Source: Candidatus Wolfebacteria bacterium GW2011_GWB1_47_1
Lineage (GTDB): Bacteria; Patescibacteriota; Minisyncoccia; UBA6257; UBA9933
Assembly: GCA_001029635.1 (NCBI GenBank)
Contig: CP011209.1
Span: 350,866 to 414,865 of the forward strand
Reading direction: 5' to 3'
Length of the DNA: 64,000 nt
The notes beneath the pieces are model-generated. The model searched no databases. It worked only from the letters and a program-made list of their open reading frames with translations, and was not told the DNA's origin. Shown here piece after piece: positions 37,055 through 46,645 of this stretch; position 1 is the first letter of the stretch, and the number at the start of each line of letters is the position of its first letter. The position numbers were made by a program, and so were the translations under genes.

Positions 37055-38923
37055 TTATGCAAGTTTCGTTCTGGTGATGTGCGCTGTCCGCATGGGGAGT
37101 GTTTCTTCGGATACTCTATCCTGCTTTACCGTTTCGAGAAAGGTATCAAGCGGTGCAGTTGCTACGCAGGCAACACTGTCTGCTCCCCCGTAGTAAACGA
37201 AGAGCGTGCCATCTTTAATGATGCTGCCGCAGGCAAATATAACGCCACGCTTTGCACCTTCGTTCTCGTACCATTCATTCGGCTCCAGAATGGGAACGTC
37301 TGATCGGTGCAGTATTTTCGTCGGATCAGTTTCGTCCAGAAGCATTGCACCCAGCTTATATCGATCGGGGTCGCGCTTGTCCATGGCGTGATAGAGTACA
37401 AGCCAGCCGTCTTTTGTCCGTAATGGGGGAGTCGCGGCTCCGCGCATGAGGTTATCCCATCGAGTCCACTCGCCTTTGTTGGAAAACGGACTTTCAATCG
37501 CCATTTCCGCATCCATCGGGTCGTCAAAATAATCGATCCGTATTCGGGGATTGATTGCGTGCAGGAACGCGTATTTGCCGTTGATCTTTTCGGGGAACAT
37601 AACCCAGTTTTTTTGGATCTGTTCGGGTTTTGAAATGAGGATCGGTTCCGTCCAATCCCAGTTCTTTTGCAGGAAGTTCGCCTCGGTTATTGAGGTTAGC
37701 GCCATCCCTGGCGGATGATACCCATCGAATGCGGTGTAGGTCATGTAGAGCATATCGTCCACCTTTACCATGCGTGGATCTTCGCATCCGCTCCAGCTGC
37801 CACCCGACATATATGCATTGGTGTATGGCTCTTGTTTTGCCTCGATCTTCGTGTAATGTTCCTTCGCGATGTAGACCGGCTTTTCCGAACGGTCTTCAAA
37901 ATTGATGCCATCTTCGCTTGATGTATATCCTATATAGGAAAGCCCGTTGGAGCCGATTGCCCGATAGAGTAGATGCACCTTGTTATTGAGATACACGGCT
38001 GCAGGATTGAAGGTTGCTTCACATTCCCATTCCTTATGCGCGCGCGGTTCGATGATCGGATTGCTTGGGTGCCGTTCGAGCGCCGTTGCCAATTCCACCG
38101 ACTGCGGACTACAGAGGGATAGTGGGAGTATTGCCGAAATTACCCCGTTCTTTTGCGTGCGCCAATAGGTGTGCACCTGCCCATTGTAATAGATTGTGCC
38201 AAGCGACATCGCCGGGGCATCTCCCTTCGCGAGGGTCGTTTCCCAAATAGGGAATGCCGATCGCCACTTCGCCCGATAGGGTTGGTCGTACGCAAACAAT
38301 GCCGCGCCAATAAGAAGATGGGTTGCATCGTGTTCATAGTCTGTCGCGTCATAGACTGCGAGAATCCCTTCGTTGATCGTCGTCGCTCCGATGACCCGCA
38401 ATGCCGCGTGGTCGAATTCTCCGGTACGGCGTTCGATAAGCGGCCCGGTAATATGCCAATCTTGGAAGTCCTTTGTGACAGCGGCTCGAATTGATTCGTT
38501 TCCCGTATAGGCGACGAAGTGATCTTTGTACGCATGATCCGGAACGATGGCGATGGGTTCGTTCACAAACGGTGTCTTATGCACCACGTGAAATGTCGCA
38601 CCATCATCGGAAGAGGCGACTACGCGCTCCGTTTTGTTGCGCACGGCTCTGATGTAAGTAAGATACTGCGTTTTGCCGTCTGCCGTGATATGAAAATCTG
38701 ATGTATGCGTAAGTGGCTCATGTTTCCCTGTTACGCCAAGAATGATAACGTCGTTTGTGAATGAAAAATGCACGCCATCGGGGGCGGTGAAAAGGGATAA
38801 TTTCGATGTCGAGGTAAGCGGGAGAACGTACAGAAGTGCAGGAATATCACCAAGCATGGTGACGGCGACCGGGATCATTGTGTTATTGTCTGGTGCTGCT
38901 GCTTTTTTCATACGCATGTACAT
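37055..38923 (-). CDS. GH130 (DUF377) family glycosidase/phosphorylase-like protein with an extra N-terminal propeller-like domain
   Basis: SGCEDPRMVKVDDMLYMTYTAFDG in the C-terminal half, about 60% similar to the C-half of the 35048 gene. Confidence 0.7.
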   Translation of the reverse strand: MYMRMKKAAAPDNNTMIPVAVTMLGDIPALLYVLPLTSTSKLSLFTAPDGVHFSFTNDVIILGVTGKHEPLTHTSDFHITADGKTQYLTYIRAVRNKTERVVASSDDGATFHVVHKTPFVNEPIAIVPDHAYKDHFVAYTGNESIRAAVTKDFQDWHITGPLIERRTGEFDHAALRVIGATTINEGILAVYDATDYEHDATHLLIGAALFAYDQPYRAKWRSAFPIWETTLAKGDAPAMSLGTIYYNGQVHTYWRTQKNGVISAILPLSLCSPQSVELATALERHPSNPIIEPRAHKEWECEATFNPAAVYLNNKVHLLYRAIGSNGLSYIGYTSSEDGINFEDRSEKPVYIAKEHYTKIEAKQEPYTNAYMSGGSWSGCEDPRMVKVDDMLYMTYTAFDGYHPPGMALTSITEANFLQKNWDWTEPILISKPEQIQKNWVMFPEKINGKYAFLHAINPRIRIDYFDDPMDAEMAIESPFSNKGEWTRWDNLMRGAATPPLRTKDGWLVLYHAMDKRDPDRYKLGAMLLDETDPTKILHRSDVPILEPNEWYENEGAKRGVIFACGSIIKDGTLFVYYGGADSVACVATAPLDTFLETVKQDRVSEETLPMRTAHITRTKLA

Positions 38924-38937
38924 AGTGTCATTGCAGA

Positions 38938-39285
38938 TTATGCAGAAGCTCTTCCATAAGAGTCTTCTAAACGGACAATATCCGCTTCATCGAATGAACC
39001 AAATGCTAATTCGAGAATGCGGACATTCTGGTCGTTTGCCCGTATGCGATGATTGGTTTTTTTAGGAACGAAGAATTCATCACCTACCGATGCGATCACT
39101 TCGCTGTCACCGATGATGATGGTCGGGTTGCCATCCAGTATTCTCCAAAATTCTTCCCGGTCATTATGGTATTGCAGACTAAGCTGTTTACCGGCGTTGA
39201 TACTCACTAGTTTTACGGTACTCGGTTCGTTCAACGTGAAACGCCTAAATGAGCCCCATGGCCGCTGTTCATCTTGAATATTCAT
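38938..39285 (-). CDS. Cupin domain protein (mannose-6-phosphate isomerase type II C-terminal-like)
   Basis: Cupin motifs QRPWGSF...G..LSLQYH.R.E.W.......PT..IG. Start chosen at MNIQDEQRPWG. Confidence 0.55.
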   Translation of the reverse strand: MNIQDEQRPWGSFRRFTLNEPSTVKLVSINAGKQLSLQYHNDREEFWRILDGNPTIIIGDSEVIASVGDEFFVPKKTNHRIRANDQNVRILELAFGSFDEADIVRLEDSYGRASA

Positions 39286-39481
39286 AGATCGATAGAGGAA
39301 ACATTTTGTGCACACCTGTTGCATATAAGTATACCCCGTTAGGAACTTTATTCCAATGTGTATAACGTCATTAAAATTCTTTTAGCATCTTTCTCGGTTT
39401 TTTAGCGGGGCGCACTGCGCATATTGTAAAACTGTATTAGTAATATGGATAACCGCGCGGCAGTCGTGATATACTGTTTGC

Positions 39482-39700
39482 ATGAACATGCGAAAATTTA
39501 TCATCGGATTAATCGTTGGGATCTTTTGCGCGATGGGCATCTGGTATCTACTCACGACATCAGAGTCCGTACAGCCTGCGCTTGTTGAGACCGCAGCGAC
39601 CTCGTCCGCGACTCCGAAGGGGCCAGGTGCAACTTCCGGATATGGGCCAACAACGCCTCCGTCCGTGACGCCACCCACAACGCCTCCGCCTGCATACTGA
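39482..39700 (+). CDS. Small secreted/membrane-anchored Pro/Thr-rich protein (72 aa)
   Basis: N-terminal signal/anchor MNMRKFIIGLIVGIFCAMGIWYLL, then TPPSVTPPTTPPPAY. An extended -10 TGaTATACT (39467-39475) ends 6 nt before the ATG, so it looks leaderless. Confidence 0.5.
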   Translation: MNMRKFIIGLIVGIFCAMGIWYLLTTSESVQPALVETAATSSATPKGPGATSGYGPTTPPSVTPPTTPPPAY

Positions 39701-39724
39701 TAGACAAAAAAATTCCCCCATGGA

Positions 39725-39997
39725 TCATGAGGGAATTTTTTTGTCGAATGATTTGGTTAAGGTGATCTTGTTCTCGCGGCTTAGCTTCTTGATCTCGATC
39801 TCGCGTTTGAGTGCCGATCCTTTGTCGGCACATTGCTCGGAATAGCAAATCCGTTTTGCGCCCCGTGCATGTACGTACTTTGATCCTTTTCCCGCCGCAT
39901 GCTCCTTAAATCTACGTTCTACCTCGGTTGCAATGCCCGTATAGAGGGATCCATCGGCGCATTCGAGGATATAGACGAAGTAGGGGGTGGCGGTCAT
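39725..39997 (-). CDS. GIY-YIG nuclease superfamily protein (UPF0213-like)
   Basis: FVYILECADGSLYTGIATEVERRFKEH... Confidence 0.75.
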   Translation of the reverse strand: MTATPYFVYILECADGSLYTGIATEVERRFKEHAAGKGSKYVHARGAKRICYSEQCADKGSALKREIEIKKLSRENKITLTKSFDKKIPS

Positions 39998-40002
39998 GGA
40001 AC

Positions 40003-40028
40003 TATTGTAATAGATTCCCGCCTGCGCG
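40003..40028. repeat. REP-like hairpin repeat GATTCCCGCCTGCGCGGGAATGACA
   Basis: 24/25 nt identical to 15594-15621 (GATTCCCGCCTTCGCGGGAATGACA). Confidence 0.7.
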
Positions 40029-40085
40029 GGAATGACAGGCGATTTTAGTGCAGTAAATAAGGTCTTTATGCTATACTATTATAGT

Positions 40086-41315
40086 ATGGCCGCAATAGAC
40101 AAGGAATCAATCGAAAAAATATTGAAGCAATCAGAAGACCAGATCTCTATTATCGATCTCGTGAAAGAGATCATTGAATTTGCGTACATCTCACGCGCAT
40201 CGGACATCCACCTTGACCCATTCGAGGATAAGCTGATCGTACGACTCCGTATCGACGGCGTCATGCACGACATGTTTCATATTCCGAAGAGTATTCACCC
40301 TGAGGTCATTAGCCGCATCAAGGTGCTTTCTGGATTGCGAACGGATGAACACCAGATTCCGCAAGATGGACGATTGCAGTTTCTTACGTCTGATAAGATT
40401 AAATTCGATATTCGTGTTTCTATCGTCCCGACGTATCATGAGGAAAATACCGTTATGCGTCTTTTGATTCAGGAAGGGCAAGCTGCTCGTGAACTCGAGA
40501 CTATGGGATTTTCTGACCGCGATCTCGCGGTCATCAAAAATGCGATCGCAAAACCATTCGGCATGTTGTTAATCACTGGGCCAACCGGTTCCGGAAAGAC
40601 GACTACGCTCTATACGCTGTTGAAGCGTCTCAATACGCCGGACGTTTCCATCATTACCATTGAGGATCCGGTAGAATTTTCACTTGAGGGAGTCGATCAG
40701 ATCCAGGTGAATTCACAGACCGGTCTTACCTTTGCTAATGGGTTGCGCGCCATCTTGCGTCAGGATCCGAATATCATCATGGTTGGAGAGATCCGAGATG
40801 AAGAAACGGCGGCTATCGCCGTCAACGCCGCGTTGACGGGTCACTTGCTACTTTCCACACTACACACTAATGACGCCGCAACGACATTACCTCGGTTGCT
40901 CGACATGGGAATCGAGCCGTTTTTGATCGCGTCAACCGTCAATATTGCTGTTGCCCAGCGCTTGGTTCGCAAGATCTGTCCCGTCTGTAAGCAAGAGAAG
41001 AATTATTCCGTTTCCGCACTTGAAACGCTTGGCGCCGCATTTCCTGCGGGTACGATTACAGCCGATATGGTCTTTTATGAAGGCACGGGATGTAAGACAT
41101 GCAACAATACCGGATATCTTGGCCGTCTTCCTATCTATGAGATCATGGACGGGACCGATGCGATCCGCGAAGCCATCATTGCCCGCTCAAGCGCCGCCGA
41201 CCTCAAGGCTATCGCTATGCACGAGGGGATGACCACCATGCTACAGGATGGCATCTATAAGGCATCACAGGGGCTCACTACCCTAGAAGAAATACTTCGC
41301 GTTATTCATGGATAA
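40086..41315 (+). CDS. pilB: Type IV pilus / type II secretion assembly ATPase (PilB/GspE family, short form lacking the N-terminal GSPII_E_N domain)
   Basis: Walker A GPTGSGKTTT, Asp/His boxes, and a C-terminal tetracysteine CPVC...C..C. ATG 40086 lies 8 nt after TATACT, so it looks leaderless. Confidence 0.8.
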   Translation: MAAIDKESIEKILKQSEDQISIIDLVKEIIEFAYISRASDIHLDPFEDKLIVRLRIDGVMHDMFHIPKSIHPEVISRIKVLSGLRTDEHQIPQDGRLQFLTSDKIKFDIRVSIVPTYHEENTVMRLLIQEGQAARELETMGFSDRDLAVIKNAIAKPFGMLLITGPTGSGKTTTLYTLLKRLNTPDVSIITIEDPVEFSLEGVDQIQVNSQTGLTFANGLRAILRQDPNIIMVGEIRDEETAAIAVNAALTGHLLLSTLHTNDAATTLPRLLDMGIEPFLIASTVNIAVAQRLVRKICPVCKQEKNYSVSALETLGAAFPAGTITADMVFYEGTGCKTCNNTGYLGRLPIYEIMDGTDAIREAIIARSSAADLKAIAMHEGMTTMLQDGIYKASQGLTTLEEILRVIHG

Positions 41316-42453
41316 TCAACTCCCTAACACAAGCTCAGCTCCCGAGGCGACCAAGCCGAAGGTTTCGGTTGGCGATTCTTTGAATCGCATGTTTTCGAAT
41401 GTGTTCACAAGCGTTTCGCTTGCCGAGCGCATTATGTTCGTAAAGCATATGTCCATGATGATTCATTCCGGCATGACGGAAGTGGAAAGTTTGCGTCTTA
41501 TTCGTAGCCAGATCCGCAGTAAGGGATTTTTGAAGATCCTCGACGATATCATCGGGAACATCGAAAACGGACAATCTCTTTCTGTTGCGCTGAGCCACTA
41601 CCGGAACGTATTCGGTGATCTGTTTATCAACATTATCAAGATCGGAGAGATCAGTGGAACATTATCGGAAAACCTCGATTATCTTGGTCTTGAAATGAAG
41701 AAGAGCCAGTCACTGCGCTCCAAGGTTCGCGGCGCACTTATTTACCCTGCAGTCATTTTGGCGGCAACTATCGGTGTGGTTGGTGGGTTGATTTTCTTTA
41801 TCCTGCCGAAGATCCTCCCAATTTTTAAAAGTTTAAAGGTCACTCTTCCTATTACGACGCGTGCATTGATGTATCTTTCTGATACGTTGCGATCGCACTA
41901 TATTCTTATCGGCCTGGGATTTATTCTTTTTATTATATGTTTGTTTGTACTCCGCTCGATCCCTACGACGCGTTATATTATGCATCGCATGCTATTGTCT
42001 ACGCCTATCTTCGGAACGATCTCGATCGGATTCAATATGGCAAATATGACCCGTATTCTTGGTATGCTACTTAAGAGTGGTGAGAAGATTGTGCAAGCGG
42101 TTTCGATCACGGCTGACGCATCATCCAATCTTGTGTATAAGAAGGCATTACGCGAGGCGGTTGTCGAGGTGCAGCGCGGCAAGACGCTGTACGCCTATTT
42201 TGAAGAACATGAACACCTGTTCCCTCCGACGGTCAGTCGCATGATCGAGGTAGGGGAGAAGACGGGAAATCTCGATAATAATCTTGCCTATCTTGCGGAA
42301 TTTTATGAGAACGAGGTCGATGAAGTGACTAAAAATCTTTCGGGTATCCTTGAACCTATTCTACTGGTTGTTATGGGGGTTGCGGTTGGGTTTGTGGCGT
42401 TGGCTATTATTACACCGATATATGGGATTACGCAGGGCCTTAAAACAAAATGA
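41308..42453 (+). CDS. pilC: Type IV pilus inner-membrane platform protein (PilC/GspF family)
   Basis: Two GspF repeats. Overlaps pilB by 8 nt. Confidence 0.8.
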   Translation: MDNQLPNTSSAPEATKPKVSVGDSLNRMFSNVFTSVSLAERIMFVKHMSMMIHSGMTEVESLRLIRSQIRSKGFLKILDDIIGNIENGQSLSVALSHYRNVFGDLFINIIKIGEISGTLSENLDYLGLEMKKSQSLRSKVRGALIYPAVILAATIGVVGGLIFFILPKILPIFKSLKVTLPITTRALMYLSDTLRSHYILIGLGFILFIICLFVLRSIPTTRYIMHRMLLSTPIFGTISIGFNMANMTRILGMLLKSGEKIVQAVSITADASSNLVYKKALREAVVEVQRGKTLYAYFEEHEHLFPPTVSRMIEVGEKTGNLDNNLAYLAEFYENEVDEVTKNLSGILEPILLVVMGVAVGFVALAIITPIYGITQGLKTK

Positions 42454-42462
42454 TGTATTATT

Positions 42463-42556
42463 GGTGAGCTGCTGTGTTGCGGGACCCCGGTACTTCAGTC
42501 GCCGTACTGGTAGTACGTCTTCTTCGTACCGCTCCCGCGCCTTGCACCTCACTTAA
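42463..42556 (+). ncRNA. Conserved structured RNA-like element, copy a, directly 3' of pilC
   Basis: Core GGTGAGCTGCTGTGTTGCGGGACCCC...CGTACTGGTAGTACG...CTTCTTCGTACCGCTCCCGCGCC...CACTTAA. Compare the findings entry. Confidence 0.5.
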
Positions 42557-42589
42557 TACTACATCGTTTTGACCGCTATATTTTAAAAT

Positions 42590-44362
42590 ATGAGAATGCG
42601 TCAATCTAAACATAATAGCGGCTTTACGCTCATTGAACTGCTTATCTCTACAACGTTGTTTGCCGTTATCGGTACATCGACGTATTTTGCATTCCAGAAT
42701 GTATTGGAAGCGATCTCACGTAGTCAAGTGCGGAGCGACGCCATTTCATTGATAAAAGGAGAGATCGAAACGGTGCGTAATATGCCGTATGTCGATGTGG
42801 GTATCGAAGGAGGGTATCCTGCCGGAAAGTTATTGGCAGATAAGACACTTGCCTTCAGCGGTAATTCTTTTAGGTTAAATACCTACGTCCGCAATATCGA
42901 TGATCCGTATGATGGGACGCTTGGCGGTATGCCGAACGACACAGCCCCTGCCGATTATAAGATTGTGGAATATCAAATCGAATGTACGACCTGCGGGCCG
43001 TTTGTACCGATCGCCATGACGACGACAGTTTCCGCCAAAGGACTTGAAAGCGCCAGTACGAATGGATCCTTATTTATTACTGTTTCCGATGCAAGTGGTA
43101 ACCCTGTTCCCGGGGCTAGTGTGCATGTGGTCAATTCGAAATTAAGCCCGACCATCACTATTGACGATATTACCAACACCGAGGGGATGTTGCAGCTTGT
43201 TGATATTCCGCCGAGCGTCACGGGATATGAAATCACCGTAACTAAGGCAGGCTATTCGACTGACAAAACGTACGATCTTACATTGCCGGGCAATCCCAAT
43301 CCATTGAAGCCGCATGCAACGGTTGCGACCCAACAGGTTACTTCAGTAAGTTTTTTTATTGATCGCGTTGGAACCATAAACGTCGCGGCTAAGGATAATC
43401 AATGTGCGCCGATACCCGGGCTTGGTTTTTCGCTTTCGGGGACTAAGCTTGTCGGGACCGGACCCGACGTTCTGAAGTATCCTGCCACGACATTCACAAC
43501 CGATACCGCAGGGGAAAAGACCATTTCTAATTTGGAATGGGATAGTTATACCATTGCTAGTATTGGAGCGCTTGAATTTACCGGGACGGTCCCGTTTGTT
43601 CCGTTCACATTGAATCCGGGAGTGACTATGGACGTAGCGCTGCTATTCGAGCCAAAGACAATTAAATCGCTTTTGGTTACTGTTGTCGATGATGTCAACC
43701 AGCCGGTCGACGGTGCGAGTATCCAATTAGTCAAGACGGGGGCCTACGATCAGACGCTGTATACGGCTCGACGCACTATCGGGCAGACCGATTGGGGTGG
43801 CGCGGATTATGCCGTGCAAAGTGGTGGGGTTGGGTATGATAGCCCGACAACCGAACTACAGGCGCATGCATCAGGTAGCGGTACTACGAGTACGGAATGG
43901 GTCGTATCGAATACGTATGATATGGGAACGAACAGCATAACCTACTATCATTTGCGATTTGATGCACAGCTGCAGCCGGCACATCCGAGTCCTGACGCGG
44001 TCCGTATTCAGATTGCGACTAATAATGATAATGCGACTTGGAATTTTGTCGGTCCTGATGGAACGGACAGTTCGTACTTTACGACGAGTAACGCGGTATT
44101 ACCCACGGTGCTTGACGGTAAGCGTTACCTGCGATATAAAATCGATTTTTATCTTGACGGAGAGACGACCGTTACTTCGTTCAAAGATATTGCGATTGAT
44201 TTCAGTTCGAGCTGTACTCCCACCGGACAGGCTTTGTTTAATGCGCTTGGGCCGGGAACCTATAGTATGACAATCAATAAGGCCGGGTTCCAAACATATA
44301 TCGATGCCTCGGTATCCATCAGTGAGGATTGGCAGCAGTATAAGGCGACGCTGACAAGATGA
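42590..44362 (+). CDS. Large (590 aa) protein with prepilin-type N-terminal cleavage/methylation domain (giant minor pilin / pilus-tip candidate)
   Basis: N-terminus MRMRQSKHNSGFTLIELLISTTLFAVIG is a class III signal. Downstream domains are carboxypeptidase-regulatory-like and Ig-like beta domains. The ATG is 7 nt after TATATT. Confidence 0.7.
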   Translation: MRMRQSKHNSGFTLIELLISTTLFAVIGTSTYFAFQNVLEAISRSQVRSDAISLIKGEIETVRNMPYVDVGIEGGYPAGKLLADKTLAFSGNSFRLNTYVRNIDDPYDGTLGGMPNDTAPADYKIVEYQIECTTCGPFVPIAMTTTVSAKGLESASTNGSLFITVSDASGNPVPGASVHVVNSKLSPTITIDDITNTEGMLQLVDIPPSVTGYEITVTKAGYSTDKTYDLTLPGNPNPLKPHATVATQQVTSVSFFIDRVGTINVAAKDNQCAPIPGLGFSLSGTKLVGTGPDVLKYPATTFTTDTAGEKTISNLEWDSYTIASIGALEFTGTVPFVPFTLNPGVTMDVALLFEPKTIKSLLVTVVDDVNQPVDGASIQLVKTGAYDQTLYTARRTIGQTDWGGADYAVQSGGVGYDSPTTELQAHASGSGTTSTEWVVSNTYDMGTNSITYYHLRFDAQLQPAHPSPDAVRIQIATNNDNATWNFVGPDGTDSSYFTTSNAVLPTVLDGKRYLRYKIDFYLDGETTVTSFKDIAIDFSSSCTPTGQALFNALGPGTYSMTINKAGFQTYIDASVSISEDWQQYKATLTR

Positions 44363-44387
44363 TTTACGACCAACAACGTATAACGGA

Positions 44388-46037
44388 ATGCGAACATTTT
44401 TACTCATCATTGCTATAGGAACATTGATTATGACGCCGCTGCGTTCTTTTGCGGCGGAAGAAAAGTTTTTCGAATTCGCTACTGATGTCGGCGTGCCGAT
44501 TGAGATTCCGACCGGATCCATCGCGATCCAGGAATTCAAAGTCCATAATGATTATATCAATGCCATCGATCTTTGGTTCGATAATGCCGGATCTTCGGGG
44601 AGCGCGACAGTTACCTTTCTCGATTCTTCCAATGCCGTGCTGACATCTAAAAGCGTCACCATCGCCCCTAGCGATCCTTTTTACACAGGACAGCAATTGC
44701 ACGTCAGGTTTAGTAAGACGGTCGGCATCACGTCCGGTTCGTGGTATAAAATAAGGATCACGAGTAATGCACCCAAATTGCGGTTGTATGGCGTTAAGCG
44801 AGTTCAATTTGTCGAGCACGATGCACCGTATCCGATCGACAGCTCGGTTGGGGGTTCATCGGTGAACGGAGAATCGCAGATCGCGGTGTTTAAATTTGCG
44901 CTGTATGAAGAGACTGACGCTGAAGCCCCGATCATTACCAATGCAAGTTCCACGATCTCCGGTCCCGATACGATGCAAATCGCATTTAATGCGAACGAGC
45001 TTGTCGATCGCATGGTGTCTTATACACGTATTGGGTCGGGAATAGTGACCACGATCGGATATACCGGCAACTACTCCATTTGTTTTGAGGACATTTTTGC
45101 TTGCCCGCTTACGATTGATACCCAGCGAGATGCTCTATATACCTACCGATTGACCGTTCGTGACAGCTGGGGGAATGAAGCATTTTTTGACGGGGCATTC
45201 GAAAGTTGGAAGCCGGGCACTCCTGTCCCTCCGGCCGATCCCACCGTTCCCTTTGTGGCTCCTCCCGCAGAGGCGCCTTCATCACCGACTGAATCGCCTG
45301 TGGTTTCTGTAACGATCACCGATGCGCGCATTGTAGCGCTTGCCTATAATTCCGTGCAGTTGTCATGGAATACTAACAAGGCCGCCAATAGTTCATTGGT
45401 CGTCAGTACCGATCCTGTCGGTGCGCAGGTCGTTTCCACAGTCACTACAGGCGTATATGAATTGGTCCATACAATCTCGACAGGAAAGGGCATTGCTGCC
45501 GGAATTAATTATTATGCGACGATCATTTCTCGTGATGAGGCCGGCAGTATGGCTGCGCAGGTGCTTCCATTTACTGCTCCGAAGGCCGGTGCTGATGCAC
45601 CACCTGCCGTACCCGAAGGTTCTTCGACGCCAACAGAGACGTTGCAGACATCCGTATTGGGAGAACAGGGGCTTGTCTCCATTGTCTGGGATCCTCTTGT
45701 GGGTGGAGAACCGAGTAATGGGTATCGCATTGATATCATCGATGCGCAAGGAAATCTGATTGAATCGCGTACCGTTGCTCCGGGAACGTATGCGATCAAT
45801 GTGGACGGTCTTGCGGGTGGAGAATATCGCGTCCTTGTGTATGCCGATGAAAAAGGAGTGGTCGAAAAAGTTGCCGCACCCGCGACCGTTGTCATTCCAA
45901 AAAGAGCCGAGCCGATCGATACGTACGAACTAATCAAGCGACCGATCGTGTACATCCCATCCATTCTTTTTGCGCTGCTTATCCTGGGATTGGCTATCTA
46001 TAGCAGAGTACAAAAGAAAATACCCAATAAAAAATGA
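44388..46037 (+). CDS. Secreted cell-surface protein with fibronectin-III-like repeats and a C-terminal membrane anchor
   Basis: Signal peptide MRTFLLIIAIGTLIMTPLRSFA-AEE. C-terminal TM helix PIVYIPSILFALLILGLAIY plus a basic tail. Confidence 0.6.
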   Translation: MRTFLLIIAIGTLIMTPLRSFAAEEKFFEFATDVGVPIEIPTGSIAIQEFKVHNDYINAIDLWFDNAGSSGSATVTFLDSSNAVLTSKSVTIAPSDPFYTGQQLHVRFSKTVGITSGSWYKIRITSNAPKLRLYGVKRVQFVEHDAPYPIDSSVGGSSVNGESQIAVFKFALYEETDAEAPIITNASSTISGPDTMQIAFNANELVDRMVSYTRIGSGIVTTIGYTGNYSICFEDIFACPLTIDTQRDALYTYRLTVRDSWGNEAFFDGAFESWKPGTPVPPADPTVPFVAPPAEAPSSPTESPVVSVTITDARIVALAYNSVQLSWNTNKAANSSLVVSTDPVGAQVVSTVTTGVYELVHTISTGKGIAAGINYYATIISRDEAGSMAAQVLPFTAPKAGADAPPAVPEGSSTPTETLQTSVLGEQGLVSIVWDPLVGGEPSNGYRIDIIDAQGNLIESRTVAPGTYAINVDGLAGGEYRVLVYADEKGVVEKVAAPATVVIPKRAEPIDTYELIKRPIVYIPSILFALLILGLAIYSRVQKKIPNKK

Positions 46038-46645
46038 TGCAACAACGCACACCCAGATCGAATAGCGGGTTTACGCTTGTCGAGGTATTGATTAGCCTCG
46101 CCCTTTTTGCCGGTATTGCGCTTATTATCGGTACGTTCATGAAGTCTATTTTTGATTATCAGTTGCTTTTTACGCAACAGTTGACCGCACAGCAAGAGAT
46201 TGAAAATACATTTGCATCCATGATTCCCGAAATTCGATCGATGACCCCCTCTGCATTGGGCGGGTATGCCATCGGTCAGGTGTCGACGAGTTCATTGACG
46301 TTTTATGACGATATCGATATGGATGGCATCGCCGACCAGATCCGCTACTTTTTGAGCGGTACGACCCTGAAAAAAGGAGTCACCAAACCTACCGGAAATC
46401 CACTGATCTATATTGGTGCGAATGAGGTAGCGACTGACATGGCAATCAATGTTGTCCCCGGTGATCCAATCTTTACGTATTATGACCTGAATTTCACCGG
46501 CACCGAGCCGGCAATGTCCTACCCGATCATCATTTCCGATATCCGCTTAATCCGTATATCATTGACTGTTAAGGATCCGGATAAGACCGCCCCGCTTTCC
46601 GCGAGCATCGAGATCGTTCCGAGAAATTTGAGAACCAATTTATGA
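46034..46645 (+). CDS. Prepilin-type N-terminal domain protein (minor pilin / pseudopilin)
   Basis: SGFTLVEVLISLALFAGIALIIG. ATGA overlap with the upstream gene. Confidence 0.7.
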   Translation: MMQQRTPRSNSGFTLVEVLISLALFAGIALIIGTFMKSIFDYQLLFTQQLTAQQEIENTFASMIPEIRSMTPSALGGYAIGQVSTSSLTFYDDIDMDGIADQIRYFLSGTTLKKGVTKPTGNPLIYIGANEVATDMAINVVPGDPIFTYYDLNFTGTEPAMSYPIIISDIRLIRISLTVKDPDKTAPLSASIEIVPRNLRTNL

